A DNA stretch of 26,097 nt from a virus (lineage: Duplodnaviria > Caudoviricetes): the IMG/VR virus record IMGVR_UViG_3300020294_000030, positions 1 to 26,097 of that record; one strand, given 5' to 3'. Position numbers and translations under genes: made by a program. A model generated the notes under the pieces. The model was not told the origin of the DNA. It searched no databases and worked only from the letters and a program-made list of their open reading frames with translations. Of the stretch, positions 8,779 through 17,936 are shown in pieces (the stretch's first letter is position 1; the number at the start of each line of letters is the position of its first letter).

Positions 8779-9243
8779 ATGCCTACCGCAATTAAGCCAA
8801 AACGAAGTACTACCATTGGACAGATCCCAGGTCTGTCCGATCTCCAAGACGGAGAGATGGCGATTAATATTGTAGACCAAAAGATCTACATTAGAAGTGG
8901 CAATAACATTGAGACCGTTGCATCTGCTGCTACTGGTGCTGTTCCAGTTTGGAATTATCAAGCAGCATCTGCTGCATTTGTTGTTAATAAACGGTATGTT
9001 ATTGATACATCTTCCGCAGAATTAACTTTTACTATGCCCACCGTTGGTTTATCGGTAGGAGATAGTATTGAAATACATGATGCAGCAAACACTTGGCACA
9101 TAAATAATGTTATTATTACTGACGCTGTGAATAAATTTAGAGATGCTATCGGAAATATAGAGGATCCTCCTCTCATTTTAGATGTTGCCTCTATCACTGT
9201 TATGCTTTTATGGAACGGATCTTACTGGAGTATTGTTAGCTAA
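8779..9243 (+). CDS. Tail-fibre-associated structural protein
   Basis: N-terminus IKPKRS...LQDGEMAINIVDQKIY resembles the T4 long-fibre N-terminal module. C-terminus TFTMP...VGDSIEIHD...NNVII...WNGSYW is a gp9/gp10/gp34-like module. Confidence 0.75.
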   Translation: MPTAIKPKRSTTIGQIPGLSDLQDGEMAINIVDQKIYIRSGNNIETVASAATGAVPVWNYQAASAAFVVNKRYVIDTSSAELTFTMPTVGLSVGDSIEIHDAANTWHINNVIITDAVNKFRDAIGNIEDPPLILDVASITVMLLWNGSYWSIVS

Positions 9244-9593
9244 TGGCCCTCTCACTAAGCAACTCACACTTCCAACCGAAGGACTCAAAAGGATACTATG
9301 TGTATGCTTTGAGGAGAGACGCAGATGACATGCTACATCTTACTAAGGTTAGTACTGCATCTACAACTGAAACTTTTGAACCATTTAGATTAGATGGAAC
9401 TCAGGTAGAAGGCTTTGGAGATTATGAGGATTATGTGGAAGAAACCACTGAACAAAAATCCAAGAGTAATCATCCGATGGATAAATATCAACAGATTCGT
9501 TACGATAGGCGTAACATAAATTATTTCCTAGACGCTGATGGATACTTAGTCCTTCAAGTCAATGGATCCCACACATACTCTGGACCTGTATAG
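9243..9593 (+). CDS. Hypothetical (probable virion) protein, 116 aa
   Basis: Coupled ORF between two structural genes. Confidence 0.75.
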   Translation: MALSLSNSHFQPKDSKGYYVYALRRDADDMLHLTKVSTASTTETFEPFRLDGTQVEGFGDYEDYVEETTEQKSKSNHPMDKYQQIRYDRRNINYFLDADGYLVLQVNGSHTYSGPV

Positions 9594-9605
9594 AGATCTC
9601 AAACA

Positions 9606-12600
9606 ATGGCAGAATTTAGACTTGGCAGACTGAAGTTCAACTGGCGTAATGCATGGACTGGTTCCACTGCATATGTCATCGATGACCTTATTAGGTTCGG
9701 TGCGAACTCATATGTCTGTGTAGGTAACCATACCTCACAAGCCCTTGCGGCAAACTTTACTAGTGATGCTGCCTATTGGGAGCTTCATACAGGTGGTTTT
9801 GAATCACTAGGAGATTGGACTCCAACAACAGCGTATGTTATAGATGATATCGTCAAAGAAGGCGGTAACATGTATATCTGTACAAACCAGCACACTTCAT
9901 CTGGTTTGGCAAGTGCTTTTGAAGGCACAGATTTACCTGCTAACTGGAAGTTATACCAAGAAGGTCTTAACTTTGTTGGTGCATACTCTACTAATACTTA
10001 CTATGGTGTTAACGATGTAACACTCTTTGGTCCAAGAGAATATCGTTGTACAGCATCATTCCAGACACCAACTGATTGGGTAGTATCAGTAGATGGTACA
10101 GTTGCTGGTTCGGATGAATTCTATCCTCCTGCATCAAACTTTAGCCAGATATCAGCAGGTTATGAGAATAAAGGTGCATATATTTCTAGTGAAAGATATC
10201 AGAGAGGAGATATTGTTGAGTGGAAAGGGTCTACTTATGTTGCTATAAGTTCTAACCCTAGAGTATTACAACCAAACGAGAACACAGACGACTGGTCATT
10301 CCTTAACCTTGGTATAGGTACAGGTGGTCAGGATGTTTATGATGATACTACTGCTTACTCTAAAGGTCAGATTGTAAGATTTGGTGGTAACACTTATCAA
10401 GCTGATGTGTTATCTATTGCTCCAAATAATAGACCAACTGGTATAGGTAGTACCACAATTGATAGTGGTATTAATGGTTGGGCTCTATTGAATAGAGGAT
10501 TTAGTTGGACTGGTGCTTACACCACGACAACTGTTTATGAGATCAGTGACATTGCTGAGTTCCAATCTTCAGCATATATTTCAGTTGCTTCTACTAACAT
10601 AGGGGTAACACCAGGAACTGATCCAACTATATGGCAAGCATTTGCTATAGGAGATAGTGCAGCACTCTTAACAACTAAGGGTGACCTATTAACTAGGAAT
10701 GCAACTGGTCCTACTAGGATTGGTATTGGTACTGCTGGTACATTCCTTAAAGCAAGTCCAGGAAATGAAGTTCAGTGGGAATATACTGGTAAATTAACTA
10801 AAACATATTATGTTGATCCTGAATTAGGACAAGACACCAACTCTGGTGAGTCTCCTGATGCTGCATTTAGAACTATTAGTTTTGCAACAACATCAACTAA
10901 TCCAAAGTATGATATAACTGGTGCTATCTATGATGGTCCTACTGGTATTTGTACCATCACTGCTGCTGGTCATGGACTATATGCAGGACAGGAAGTTAAG
11001 TTAGTTGGACTAGCGTTTACTTGTGACTCTGGTTTAGGTCCATCATCTGTCTTCCCTAATGGTAAGACTGGAGACTTCTTCTTTGGTGTTGAAGAAATTA
11101 TTGATACTAATACATTCAGTGCAATGGTTGGTGTTTCAACCTTTACTCATACTTATGTGTCTGGTGGTGAAGTAACAAACGCTGCTCCTGTTATCTTGAA
11201 GCTATCTGCTGGTAGATTCGATGAGAAGTTACCAATGACACTTGGTAAGAACTTCTGTATTGCTGGTGATGTTCTTAGAGGTTCTACTATTAGACCTGCT
11301 GAAGGATTATCTACCGATGGTGTTACACCCAACAGTCGTTCGACCATGTTCTATGTGTCTGACGCTGTAACTGTACAGGGTATCACGATGCGTGGTATGG
11401 AAGGATTTGATTATGATACTAACGATCCATTCAACACTGCTAAGATGCAGAACAAGGTTGGTGTTGGTACTACTGCATGTGGTGTCTATCTAAGATTTAA
11501 TCCTGACGAGTCAGTTATTAAGAGATCTGCATATATTAAGGACTGCACATGCTTTGGACACAATACTACTGATGGTACTGGTCATGGTGGTGCTATCGGT
11601 GTCTACCTAGAAGGTGGTGTACACCATAAGAACCCTGAAGGAAAGGGTTATAAGTCAATGGTATTTGACTCCTTCACCAATGTTATGTCAGGTGGTGTAG
11701 GAATCTATCTAGAAGATGACGCTGTTGCTGAGATTGTATCCTGTTTCACTTACTACTGTGCATACGGTTACATTTCAGACACTGGTTCAGAGATTCGTTC
11801 ACTATCAAGTAACAACTCTTACGGTACTTACGGTGCTCTTGCAGTTGGATACTCAACCCATGAGGTTGCAAGACCTGCTAAGGTCTATGGTGATCAGGTA
11901 ACTACTGCTACTGGTACTATTACTGGTACGATTGCTGTTGGTGCTACTATGCGTGGTGCTACATCAGGTGCTCGTGGTACTGTAACTAACGACCAGTCAT
12001 CTAGTGATAAGATTTACTTCAAGTATACTACTGGATTTGGTAACACATCAAGTGATCCTACTGTACTTGAGAACGGTGCAATCGGTATTGGTACTACTGT
12101 CTTCCAACCTGGCGAGAAAGTAGAACTTGATTCTGTTGGTGCTGGTGCTACAGGTTACTTCCAAGTTGCCTCTGCTTCTGATTCAGTTCAGGGACAGAAA
12201 GGTATCTTGATGGAGTTGACAGGTCTAACGACTTCACTAACGATTGGTGACGCACTTGGATTCTCTACCACTGGTATGGGATTCTCGGATAGTAACTCTT
12301 ACATCGTCAGAACTGCTTCAGCATATGTAGAACCAACCAAGGCAGATGTATATGACGCACAATATACACCAACTACAGGTATTATGACAGTCTTTACGAC
12401 TGCTGCTCATAACCTAGAGTTCGGTGACTTTATAAGAATTAAAACTGGATCACTCCACTTCGAGTGTAATGTAGGTGGTGGTGGATCTGCTGCTTATCCA
12501 AGAGTAACTGATCCTGCTGCTGACATTCCACTTCAGATTGCTGGAGTTGGTAACACATTCTTCTCAGTTCAGGTATTGAATGATAAGAATAGTTCTACTG

Positions 12601-13616
12601 AGAATGTACCATCAACCTTCGTAGGTGTACACACATACATTGGTGGTGGTGGTGTTGGTAAGACTTCAGTTGATGCTATCATCCTTGGTGATGGTAGAGC
12701 AACAATCAATGTCGCTCCTGGTAAGGCATCTTCACCTACTATAGGTCTTGATGATCAGCGAGTCGCAATGAGAAGTAAGTTCTCCAAGATTCGTTTAACA
12801 GGTCATGACTTCCTATTAATTGGTACAGGTAATACAACTTCTACTAACTATCCAAATGTAGATGAGAACAGTGCTGCTCAAGGTCAAGAGACTAACATAG
12901 TTGCACCTGGTAGAATTTACTTCGTGTCTACTGACCAAGGAGGTAACTTCAGAGTTGGTGAATACTTCTCTGTCAACCAGTTAACTGGTGCTGCTACTTT
13001 GGATGCTTCCGCTTTCAACTTGTCAGGTTTGACAGAATTGAAACTGGGTGCTATTGGTGGTCAGATTGGTGAATCTATTAACGAATTCTCATCCGATGAG
13101 ACAATGGGTGGAGATGCTAACAATGCATGTCCTACTGAGAAAGCAGTTCGTGGATTCCTAACTCGTGCGAAGATGGATAATACTTCTGGTATTATCGTTC
13201 CTCCTCGTGGTGCTCAAGCTGCTAGACCAACAGGCGGTAACCTCTTTGAAGGTGGTCTCCGCTACGACACTGATGCAAATGGATTTGAATTCTATAATGG
13301 ATCAGACTGGTTGCCTCTAGGTGCTTTCGCTAGTGTGGATGCAACTACTGCTGTAACTCTAGTTAATAGGCAACAGTTATTTGCTAACACATCTGGTGGT
13401 GCATTTACAGTTACTCTACCTGCATCTCCTGTTAAGGGTGATAGCGTTAGAATCTTTGATGTCACAGACTCATTCGACTCTAACAACTTAACAATCGATA
13501 GAAATGGTAACCCAATTATGGGTGATGCTGCAGACATGGTAATTTCTACCGAGGGTGCTGCGTTTGAACTTGTGTTCTACGATGGCACACAAGGATGGAG
13601 AATCATTACCATCTAA
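9606..13616 (+). CDS. Large virion structural/tail-fibre protein (1336 aa)
   Basis: N-terminal repeats W/Y-x4-Y-x2-D-x-V...Y...W (carbohydrate-binding-module-like). YYVDPELGQDTNSGESPDAAFRTI starts a pectate-lyase-like beta-helix. Two copies of a Y-x3-TG...H...F-x-C...HTY insert. C-terminal FTVTLPASPVKGDSVRIFD...NNLTIDRNG...GW module. Confidence 0.85.
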   Translation: MAEFRLGRLKFNWRNAWTGSTAYVIDDLIRFGANSYVCVGNHTSQALAANFTSDAAYWELHTGGFESLGDWTPTTAYVIDDIVKEGGNMYICTNQHTSSGLASAFEGTDLPANWKLYQEGLNFVGAYSTNTYYGVNDVTLFGPREYRCTASFQTPTDWVVSVDGTVAGSDEFYPPASNFSQISAGYENKGAYISSERYQRGDIVEWKGSTYVAISSNPRVLQPNENTDDWSFLNLGIGTGGQDVYDDTTAYSKGQIVRFGGNTYQADVLSIAPNNRPTGIGSTTIDSGINGWALLNRGFSWTGAYTTTTVYEISDIAEFQSSAYISVASTNIGVTPGTDPTIWQAFAIGDSAALLTTKGDLLTRNATGPTRIGIGTAGTFLKASPGNEVQWEYTGKLTKTYYVDPELGQDTNSGESPDAAFRTISFATTSTNPKYDITGAIYDGPTGICTITAAGHGLYAGQEVKLVGLAFTCDSGLGPSSVFPNGKTGDFFFGVEEIIDTNTFSAMVGVSTFTHTYVSGGEVTNAAPVILKLSAGRFDEKLPMTLGKNFCIAGDVLRGSTIRPAEGLSTDGVTPNSRSTMFYVSDAVTVQGITMRGMEGFDYDTNDPFNTAKMQNKVGVGTTACGVYLRFNPDESVIKRSAYIKDCTCFGHNTTDGTGHGGAIGVYLEGGVHHKNPEGKGYKSMVFDSFTNVMSGGVGIYLEDDAVAEIVSCFTYYCAYGYISDTGSEIRSLSSNNSYGTYGALAVGYSTHEVARPAKVYGDQVTTATGTITGTIAVGATMRGATSGARGTVTNDQSSSDKIYFKYTTGFGNTSSDPTVLENGAIGIGTTVFQPGEKVELDSVGAGATGYFQVASASDSVQGQKGILMELTGLTTSLTIGDALGFSTTGMGFSDSNSYIVRTASAYVEPTKADVYDAQYTPTTGIMTVFTTAAHNLEFGDFIRIKTGSLHFECNVGGGGSAAYPRVTDPAADIPLQIAGVGNTFFSVQVLNDKNSSTENVPSTFVGVHTYIGGGGVGKTSVDAIILGDGRATINVAPGKASSPTIGLDDQRVAMRSKFSKIRLTGHDFLLIGTGNTTSTNYPNVDENSAAQGQETNIVAPGRIYFVSTDQGGNFRVGEYFSVNQLTGAATLDASAFNLSGLTELKLGAIGGQIGESINEFSSDETMGGDANNACPTEKAVRGFLTRAKMDNTSGIIVPPRGAQAARPTGGNLFEGGLRYDTDANGFEFYNGSDWLPLGAFASVDATTAVTLVNRQQLFANTSGGAFTVTLPASPVKGDSVRIFDVTDSFDSNNLTIDRNGNPIMGDAADMVISTEGAAFELVFYDGTQGWRIITI

Positions 13617-13624
13617 TTGATTGT

Positions 13625-13646
13625 GGGAGTATTTCACTCCCCTTTT
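13625..13646 (+). terminator. Rho-independent terminator
   Basis: GGGAGT-atttc-ACTCCC-cTTTT after the stop at 13616. Confidence 0.7.
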
Positions 13647-13658
13647 GTTATATTTTTT

Positions 13659-13665
13659 CTAAATA
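13659..13665 (+). promoter_or_regulatory. Late promoter-like CTAAATA
   Basis: 22 bp before ATG 13688, just after the terminator. Confidence 0.55.
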
Positions 13666-13687
13666 CTAATACCACACTGGTAAAGCA

Positions 13688-14551
13688 ATGGCTGACTATC
13701 AAACTTATAAAAAGATTAATGGAGGAGACGCAGTTCTGGGTAACTCCTTAGGACCAGCACAGGTCTCTGGATTCTCTACTGCTGTTACTGAGCAGATGGT
13801 ATTCTGGCATGATGATCATTGGAGTCATAATAATGGAGGTTGTTGTTGTAATTGGACAGTCCCTGGTAAAGTACTTTCTATTAAGTTTGAACTGAGAGGC
13901 GGTGGTGGATCAGGTGGTCCTGCTCGTTGCTGTCAAACTGCTCGTGGAACGCCTGGTGGTTCTGGTGCTTACTCTTCAATATTATTACATTCCCATAAAG
14001 GAGATTTTACTCCAGGTAGTTCATCATATACTATTTGTTCTGGTGGTAATAGTTGTTGTAGTTGTTGTGGTTGCTGTCATGCTAGAACAGGTTGCGGTTG
14101 GCACGGATGTCCATCATTTGTTACTGGTCCTGGTTTAAGTTCTTTCTGTGCTGTTGGTGGTACATACGGTCACCAAAGATGTGGTGGTTGGTGCTACAAC
14201 TGTATGTACATGAAACAATGTAACACATGTTACGGTGAGTGTAACCCATGTGGATTTGGTGGAACGAAAGGTCAAGAAGGATTTGTGTTCCTTAAAGGTG
14301 TATCCTCAATGGAATCAAGTAACTACTACTGTTTCACTGAGCACTATATGAATGCTGCAGGTGCTAATGGTCCTTGGGGTGCTCCATTTTCTAAGAGCAG
14401 ATCTTTCTGTACTAATGGAAATATTCGTGGATGTTGTTTTGGTCACTCACTCTTCCCAGGTGGAGGTGGAATGGCTGGTTCTGTTGATGGTAGTCAGTGT
14501 TGGGGAGACTGGGGACAAGGTGGAATAGTTGTTGTTACAACTTGGTCTTAA
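13688..14551 (+). CDS. Cys/Gly-rich tail-fibre-tip/adhesin-like protein
   Basis: WTVP...FELRGGGGSGG...GGSGAY...PGGGG...GQGGIVVV glycine-rich domain with about 27 Cys; followed by a fibre chaperone. Confidence 0.75.
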   Translation: MADYQTYKKINGGDAVLGNSLGPAQVSGFSTAVTEQMVFWHDDHWSHNNGGCCCNWTVPGKVLSIKFELRGGGGSGGPARCCQTARGTPGGSGAYSSILLHSHKGDFTPGSSSYTICSGGNSCCSCCGCCHARTGCGWHGCPSFVTGPGLSSFCAVGGTYGHQRCGGWCYNCMYMKQCNTCYGECNPCGFGGTKGQEGFVFLKGVSSMESSNYYCFTEHYMNAAGANGPWGAPFSKSRSFCTNGNIRGCCFGHSLFPGGGGMAGSVDGSQCWGDWGQGGIVVVTTWS

Positions 14552-14558
14552 ATAAATA
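14552..14558 (+). promoter_or_regulatory. Late promoter-like ATAAATA
   Basis: Intergenic, 31 bp before ATG 14590. Confidence 0.55.
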
Positions 14559-14589
14559 ACAAATGAGGGAGTACACCTGAACAAAACCG

Positions 14590-15381
14590 ATGGCAAACAT
14601 TACAAAAACAATTATATACCCAGTACCTACGGTCTGGAAGGGTCAGGATCAAGACGATGCTAGTGTAGGTATCGCAACTTATTCTGGACCTGCTGAAATA
14701 ACAGTTCATTATGATAAAATTCATGTAGGTACTGGTGGTACTTTTGAAGAACATACTAACATTGGTAGAGTTATTAAATCTGTATGGGATTCGGATGATA
14801 CTACTATAAGACCACCTGGTGTTGAAGAGATTGAAGTTAAATTAAACTGTGATCTTTACCCACTTCATGCATGTTCTTTGTGGGGTGGTATTGCTCAACC
14901 AGATGTCCTAGAAATTACTGCTGGACCTTCTGCAGATCCTAATCCATTTATTATGGATCCTCATTATCTTAATGAAGTTTATGATATGAGATCATTCTAT
15001 TGGGATGCAACAAAGAACTCTGGTTCTGGTGGATGGTCAACTCCTAAGTTCTCTAATGCAGTACCTAATGAGTGGGAAAAGGATGATGATATTTCTAATG
15101 CTAATGACGATACATGTATCGGTTGGGATGCTGTAAGAAGAGTTAGAACTCAGATGCTAGAAGCATGTGATACTAAGATGTCTGAGGATATGCCAGAAGC
15201 AGTTAAAGCACCTTGGAAAACATACCGTCAGAAATTAAGAGATCTTCCACTTGATTGGGCAGGTGTTGGTACAAATACATACTTGGTTCAGTGGCCTAAA
15301 GATCCACAAACACAGGCAGACTTCGATGCGAAACTAGCTGCTGGTCAGCTTGAACACAGGGGTAGACCTGCAGGAAAATAG
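14590..15381 (+). CDS. Tail fibre assembly chaperone-domain protein
   Basis: C-terminal WDAVRRVRTQMLEACD...WKTYRQKLRDLP...WPKDP signature. Confidence 0.8.
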   Translation: MANITKTIIYPVPTVWKGQDQDDASVGIATYSGPAEITVHYDKIHVGTGGTFEEHTNIGRVIKSVWDSDDTTIRPPGVEEIEVKLNCDLYPLHACSLWGGIAQPDVLEITAGPSADPNPFIMDPHYLNEVYDMRSFYWDATKNSGSGGWSTPKFSNAVPNEWEKDDDISNANDDTCIGWDAVRRVRTQMLEACDTKMSEDMPEAVKAPWKTYRQKLRDLPLDWAGVGTNTYLVQWPKDPQTQADFDAKLAAGQLEHRGRPAGK

Positions 15382-15412
15382 ACCTGAAACGAAAATCAAC
15401 TTTTAGTTACCA

Positions 15413-15444
15413 GAATTCGGGAAAAAAATTCCCGAATTTTTTTT
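15413..15444 (+). terminator. Strong hairpin/terminator between the tail block and the enzyme block
   Basis: AATTCGGGAA-aaaaa-TTCCCGAATT + T run. Confidence 0.7.
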
Positions 15445-15464
15445 GACCTACAGGATTTTATAAA

Positions 15465-16139
15465 ATGTTTGAACTTAATAATGACCTAGAAATAAAGGTT
15501 GCTCGTGTATGTGGAAGAAGTTTAGTAGTTGTTGACAACTTCTATAAGAATCCAGATGTAGTTAGACAATTATGTATTGATAATATAGATAATGTTGGAG
15601 CACCTGGACATCTTCCTGGAAAAAGAATTTGTGTAAAAACTTCTGAAGTAAAAGATAAATTATATGATTTTTATTTTGGTCTTTGTTCGGATCATAATCT
15701 TTGGAACAGAGAGTTAAATGGTATAAATTTTTATCAAGAGTGGAATAAGGTTGGGTTTAATGTTAATATAATAAGTGATGATAGTATTGATGAAGATAGG
15801 CATGGGTTAATACCACATCAAGATACTTATTATCCATCTACTAATCCTAATGTTCAGTTTGGATCTGTTATTTATTTGAACAAACCAGAAGAGTGTGCTG
15901 GTGGTACTAATGTATATACTTATCAGGATGAAATAAGTATACCTAAGATACCTTTTGTTCTTAATCCAGATTCAATTACTCAGTTCATAGAGAATAATCC
16001 TGAGTGGAAGGTTGCTCACACCTTTGAAATGGTGTATAATAGAATGGTATTATACCAATCTGATATATTACATGGACCTATCTACGAACAAGGTATGTTT
16101 ACCGATCACAATCGTATGAATCAGATTCTTTTTATGTAA
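15465..16139 (+). CDS. DUF6445-like 2OG-Fe(II) oxygenase-fold protein, copy 1
   Basis: VVDNFYKNPD, PG.R, PHQD, IYLNKPEECAGGTN, YNRMVLY...LHG, R.NQ. Confidence 0.75.
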   Translation: MFELNNDLEIKVARVCGRSLVVVDNFYKNPDVVRQLCIDNIDNVGAPGHLPGKRICVKTSEVKDKLYDFYFGLCSDHNLWNRELNGINFYQEWNKVGFNVNIISDDSIDEDRHGLIPHQDTYYPSTNPNVQFGSVIYLNKPEECAGGTNVYTYQDEISIPKIPFVLNPDSITQFIENNPEWKVAHTFEMVYNRMVLYQSDILHGPIYEQGMFTDHNRMNQILFM

Positions 16140-16144
16140 CTATC

Positions 16145-16876
16145 ATGTTTGAATTGAATGATAAGTTAGAAGTTAAAGTTGCTAAAGAAATTGGACCTAA
16201 TAAAAAATCAGTTGTTCTTATTGATAATTTTTATAAAGATCCTGATTCTATAAGGGAATTGTGTTTTAACACTGAGACTAATGATGATCCAGATTTAATA
16301 GGAAGTCTTCCTGGAGTTAGGATTTGTTTTAAAACAGATGAAGTTCGTAAGAATCTTCAATCTCTTTATAATAATCTGTGTAGTGATAGAAAACTTTGGA
16401 ATTATAGATCTGATCAAGATCAGTTAAATCATTGTTGGAGAGAAACTACTGGTTTTCTTTGTAATGTTATTGATGATGAAACTTTATTGAAGAATCCTAT
16501 GGGAATCATACCTCATCAGGATTCTTTTAATAAATATCCTCTTCAGTTTGGATCTCTTATTTATTTAAATACACCAGAAGAATGTGCTGGTGGTACAAAT
16601 TTGTATAGTTTTTGTGGTAATATGTCTTTAGATGACTATCCTCCTATTACAGGAATTGAACTAGCAGATAAAGATGCAAGTGAAATGAGTCCTAAAGAAT
16701 CATTTGATCATATTAGATGGTCTTTAAATAATAATAAGTATTGGAAGGTTGAACATGAGTTTGAAATGGTGTATAATAGGATGGTATTATATGAGGCAGA
16801 TGTTTTGCATGGTCAGTCTGTAGATCTTGGTATGTTTACCGATCATAAGAGAATAAATCAAGTCCTTTTTTTGTAA
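16145..16876 (+). CDS. DUF6445-like 2OG-Fe(II) oxygenase-fold protein, copy 2
   Basis: Clear paralogue of copy 1 (MFELN, IDNFYKDPD, PHQD, IYLNTPEECAGGTN, FEMVYNRMVLY, GMFTDH). Confidence 0.75.
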   Translation: MFELNDKLEVKVAKEIGPNKKSVVLIDNFYKDPDSIRELCFNTETNDDPDLIGSLPGVRICFKTDEVRKNLQSLYNNLCSDRKLWNYRSDQDQLNHCWRETTGFLCNVIDDETLLKNPMGIIPHQDSFNKYPLQFGSLIYLNTPEECAGGTNLYSFCGNMSLDDYPPITGIELADKDASEMSPKESFDHIRWSLNNNKYWKVEHEFEMVYNRMVLYEADVLHGQSVDLGMFTDHKRINQVLFL

Positions 16877-16901
16877 CTATATAAGTTATCGAATAATTAT
16901 T

Positions 16902-17936
16902 ATGAGATCTAAAGTATTTTTTATTAATGGTGGTGCTGGTCGTATCATCTGCTCCATCCCTGCATTTGAAAAATATGCAGAAACTCATGACGATTTTGTA
17001 ATCGTTTGTGAGGGAGGGATGAATTTTTATAAAGCTCATCCTGTATTACATAGACATGCATATGATGTTTGGCATAAAGGTTTGTTTGAAGATAAAATTA
17101 AAGATAGAGATTGTGTAACACCAGAACCATATAGGCAGTGGCATTATTATAATCAGAAATGTAGTCTTGCACAAGCATTTGATATAGAAATTAATGAATT
17201 AAAAGAACCAAGAGAACTTCCTGCACCTAATATTAAAATTACTAAAGTAGAGGGTATTACTGCTCTTAATACTATAGAAAATGTTAAAAATCAGACTGGT
17301 AAAGATAAGTGTATTGTTATTCAACCATTTGGTAGGGGTGTGATGGAAACAGATGGGTATATCTATGATCCAACTTCTCGTAGTTTTAATTTAAGTGATA
17401 TTGCTGAGATTATTAACAAGCTCAAGAAAGATTATGCTGTTGTTATTATGAGTGAATTCTCTTTTGATACAGGAGAGAGTCAATATGAACATGCATTACC
17501 ACAAATTCCTGATGTTAGAATGTGGGCAGGAATGATTCAGTGTGCTGATTATTTTCTTGGATGTGATAGTGTAGGTCAACATATTGCTAAGGCAGTAGAA
17601 ACAAAACAAACTGTAGTTATAGGATCTACATATCCTATTAATATATCTTATCCAGATGATAAAGATGTTAATATAATTGATATTGGTGAAGGTAAAAGAA
17701 CTTTTTCTCCTATTAGATTAACTACAGAAGATTATCAAGACATGGAAAATGATGAAGCAATGACCATGACGAAAGATGATATTAAAAATGTTATTGAGTC
17801 GTGTAAAAAAGGATTAGGTAAACCAACTACAAGGAAAAAACTAGATCTTATAAAACCACAACAGCAGACATCATGTTGTGATGATCCTGCTTGTCCTACC
17901 AGCACTGTTAAAACTAATAAGGGGTTTGGATCATGA
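16902..17936 (+). CDS. GT-B glycosyltransferase, GT9 / heptosyltransferase-like
   Basis: N-terminal NGGAGRIICSIPA, IVIQPFG, and IQCADYFLGCDSVGQHIAKA resembling the GT9 DSG..H.A.A motif. Confidence 0.7.
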   Translation: MRSKVFFINGGAGRIICSIPAFEKYAETHDDFVIVCEGGMNFYKAHPVLHRHAYDVWHKGLFEDKIKDRDCVTPEPYRQWHYYNQKCSLAQAFDIEINELKEPRELPAPNIKITKVEGITALNTIENVKNQTGKDKCIVIQPFGRGVMETDGYIYDPTSRSFNLSDIAEIINKLKKDYAVVIMSEFSFDTGESQYEHALPQIPDVRMWAGMIQCADYFLGCDSVGQHIAKAVETKQTVVIGSTYPINISYPDDKDVNIIDIGEGKRTFSPIRLTTEDYQDMENDEAMTMTKDDIKNVIESCKKGLGKPTTRKKLDLIKPQQQTSCCDDPACPTSTVKTNKGFGS

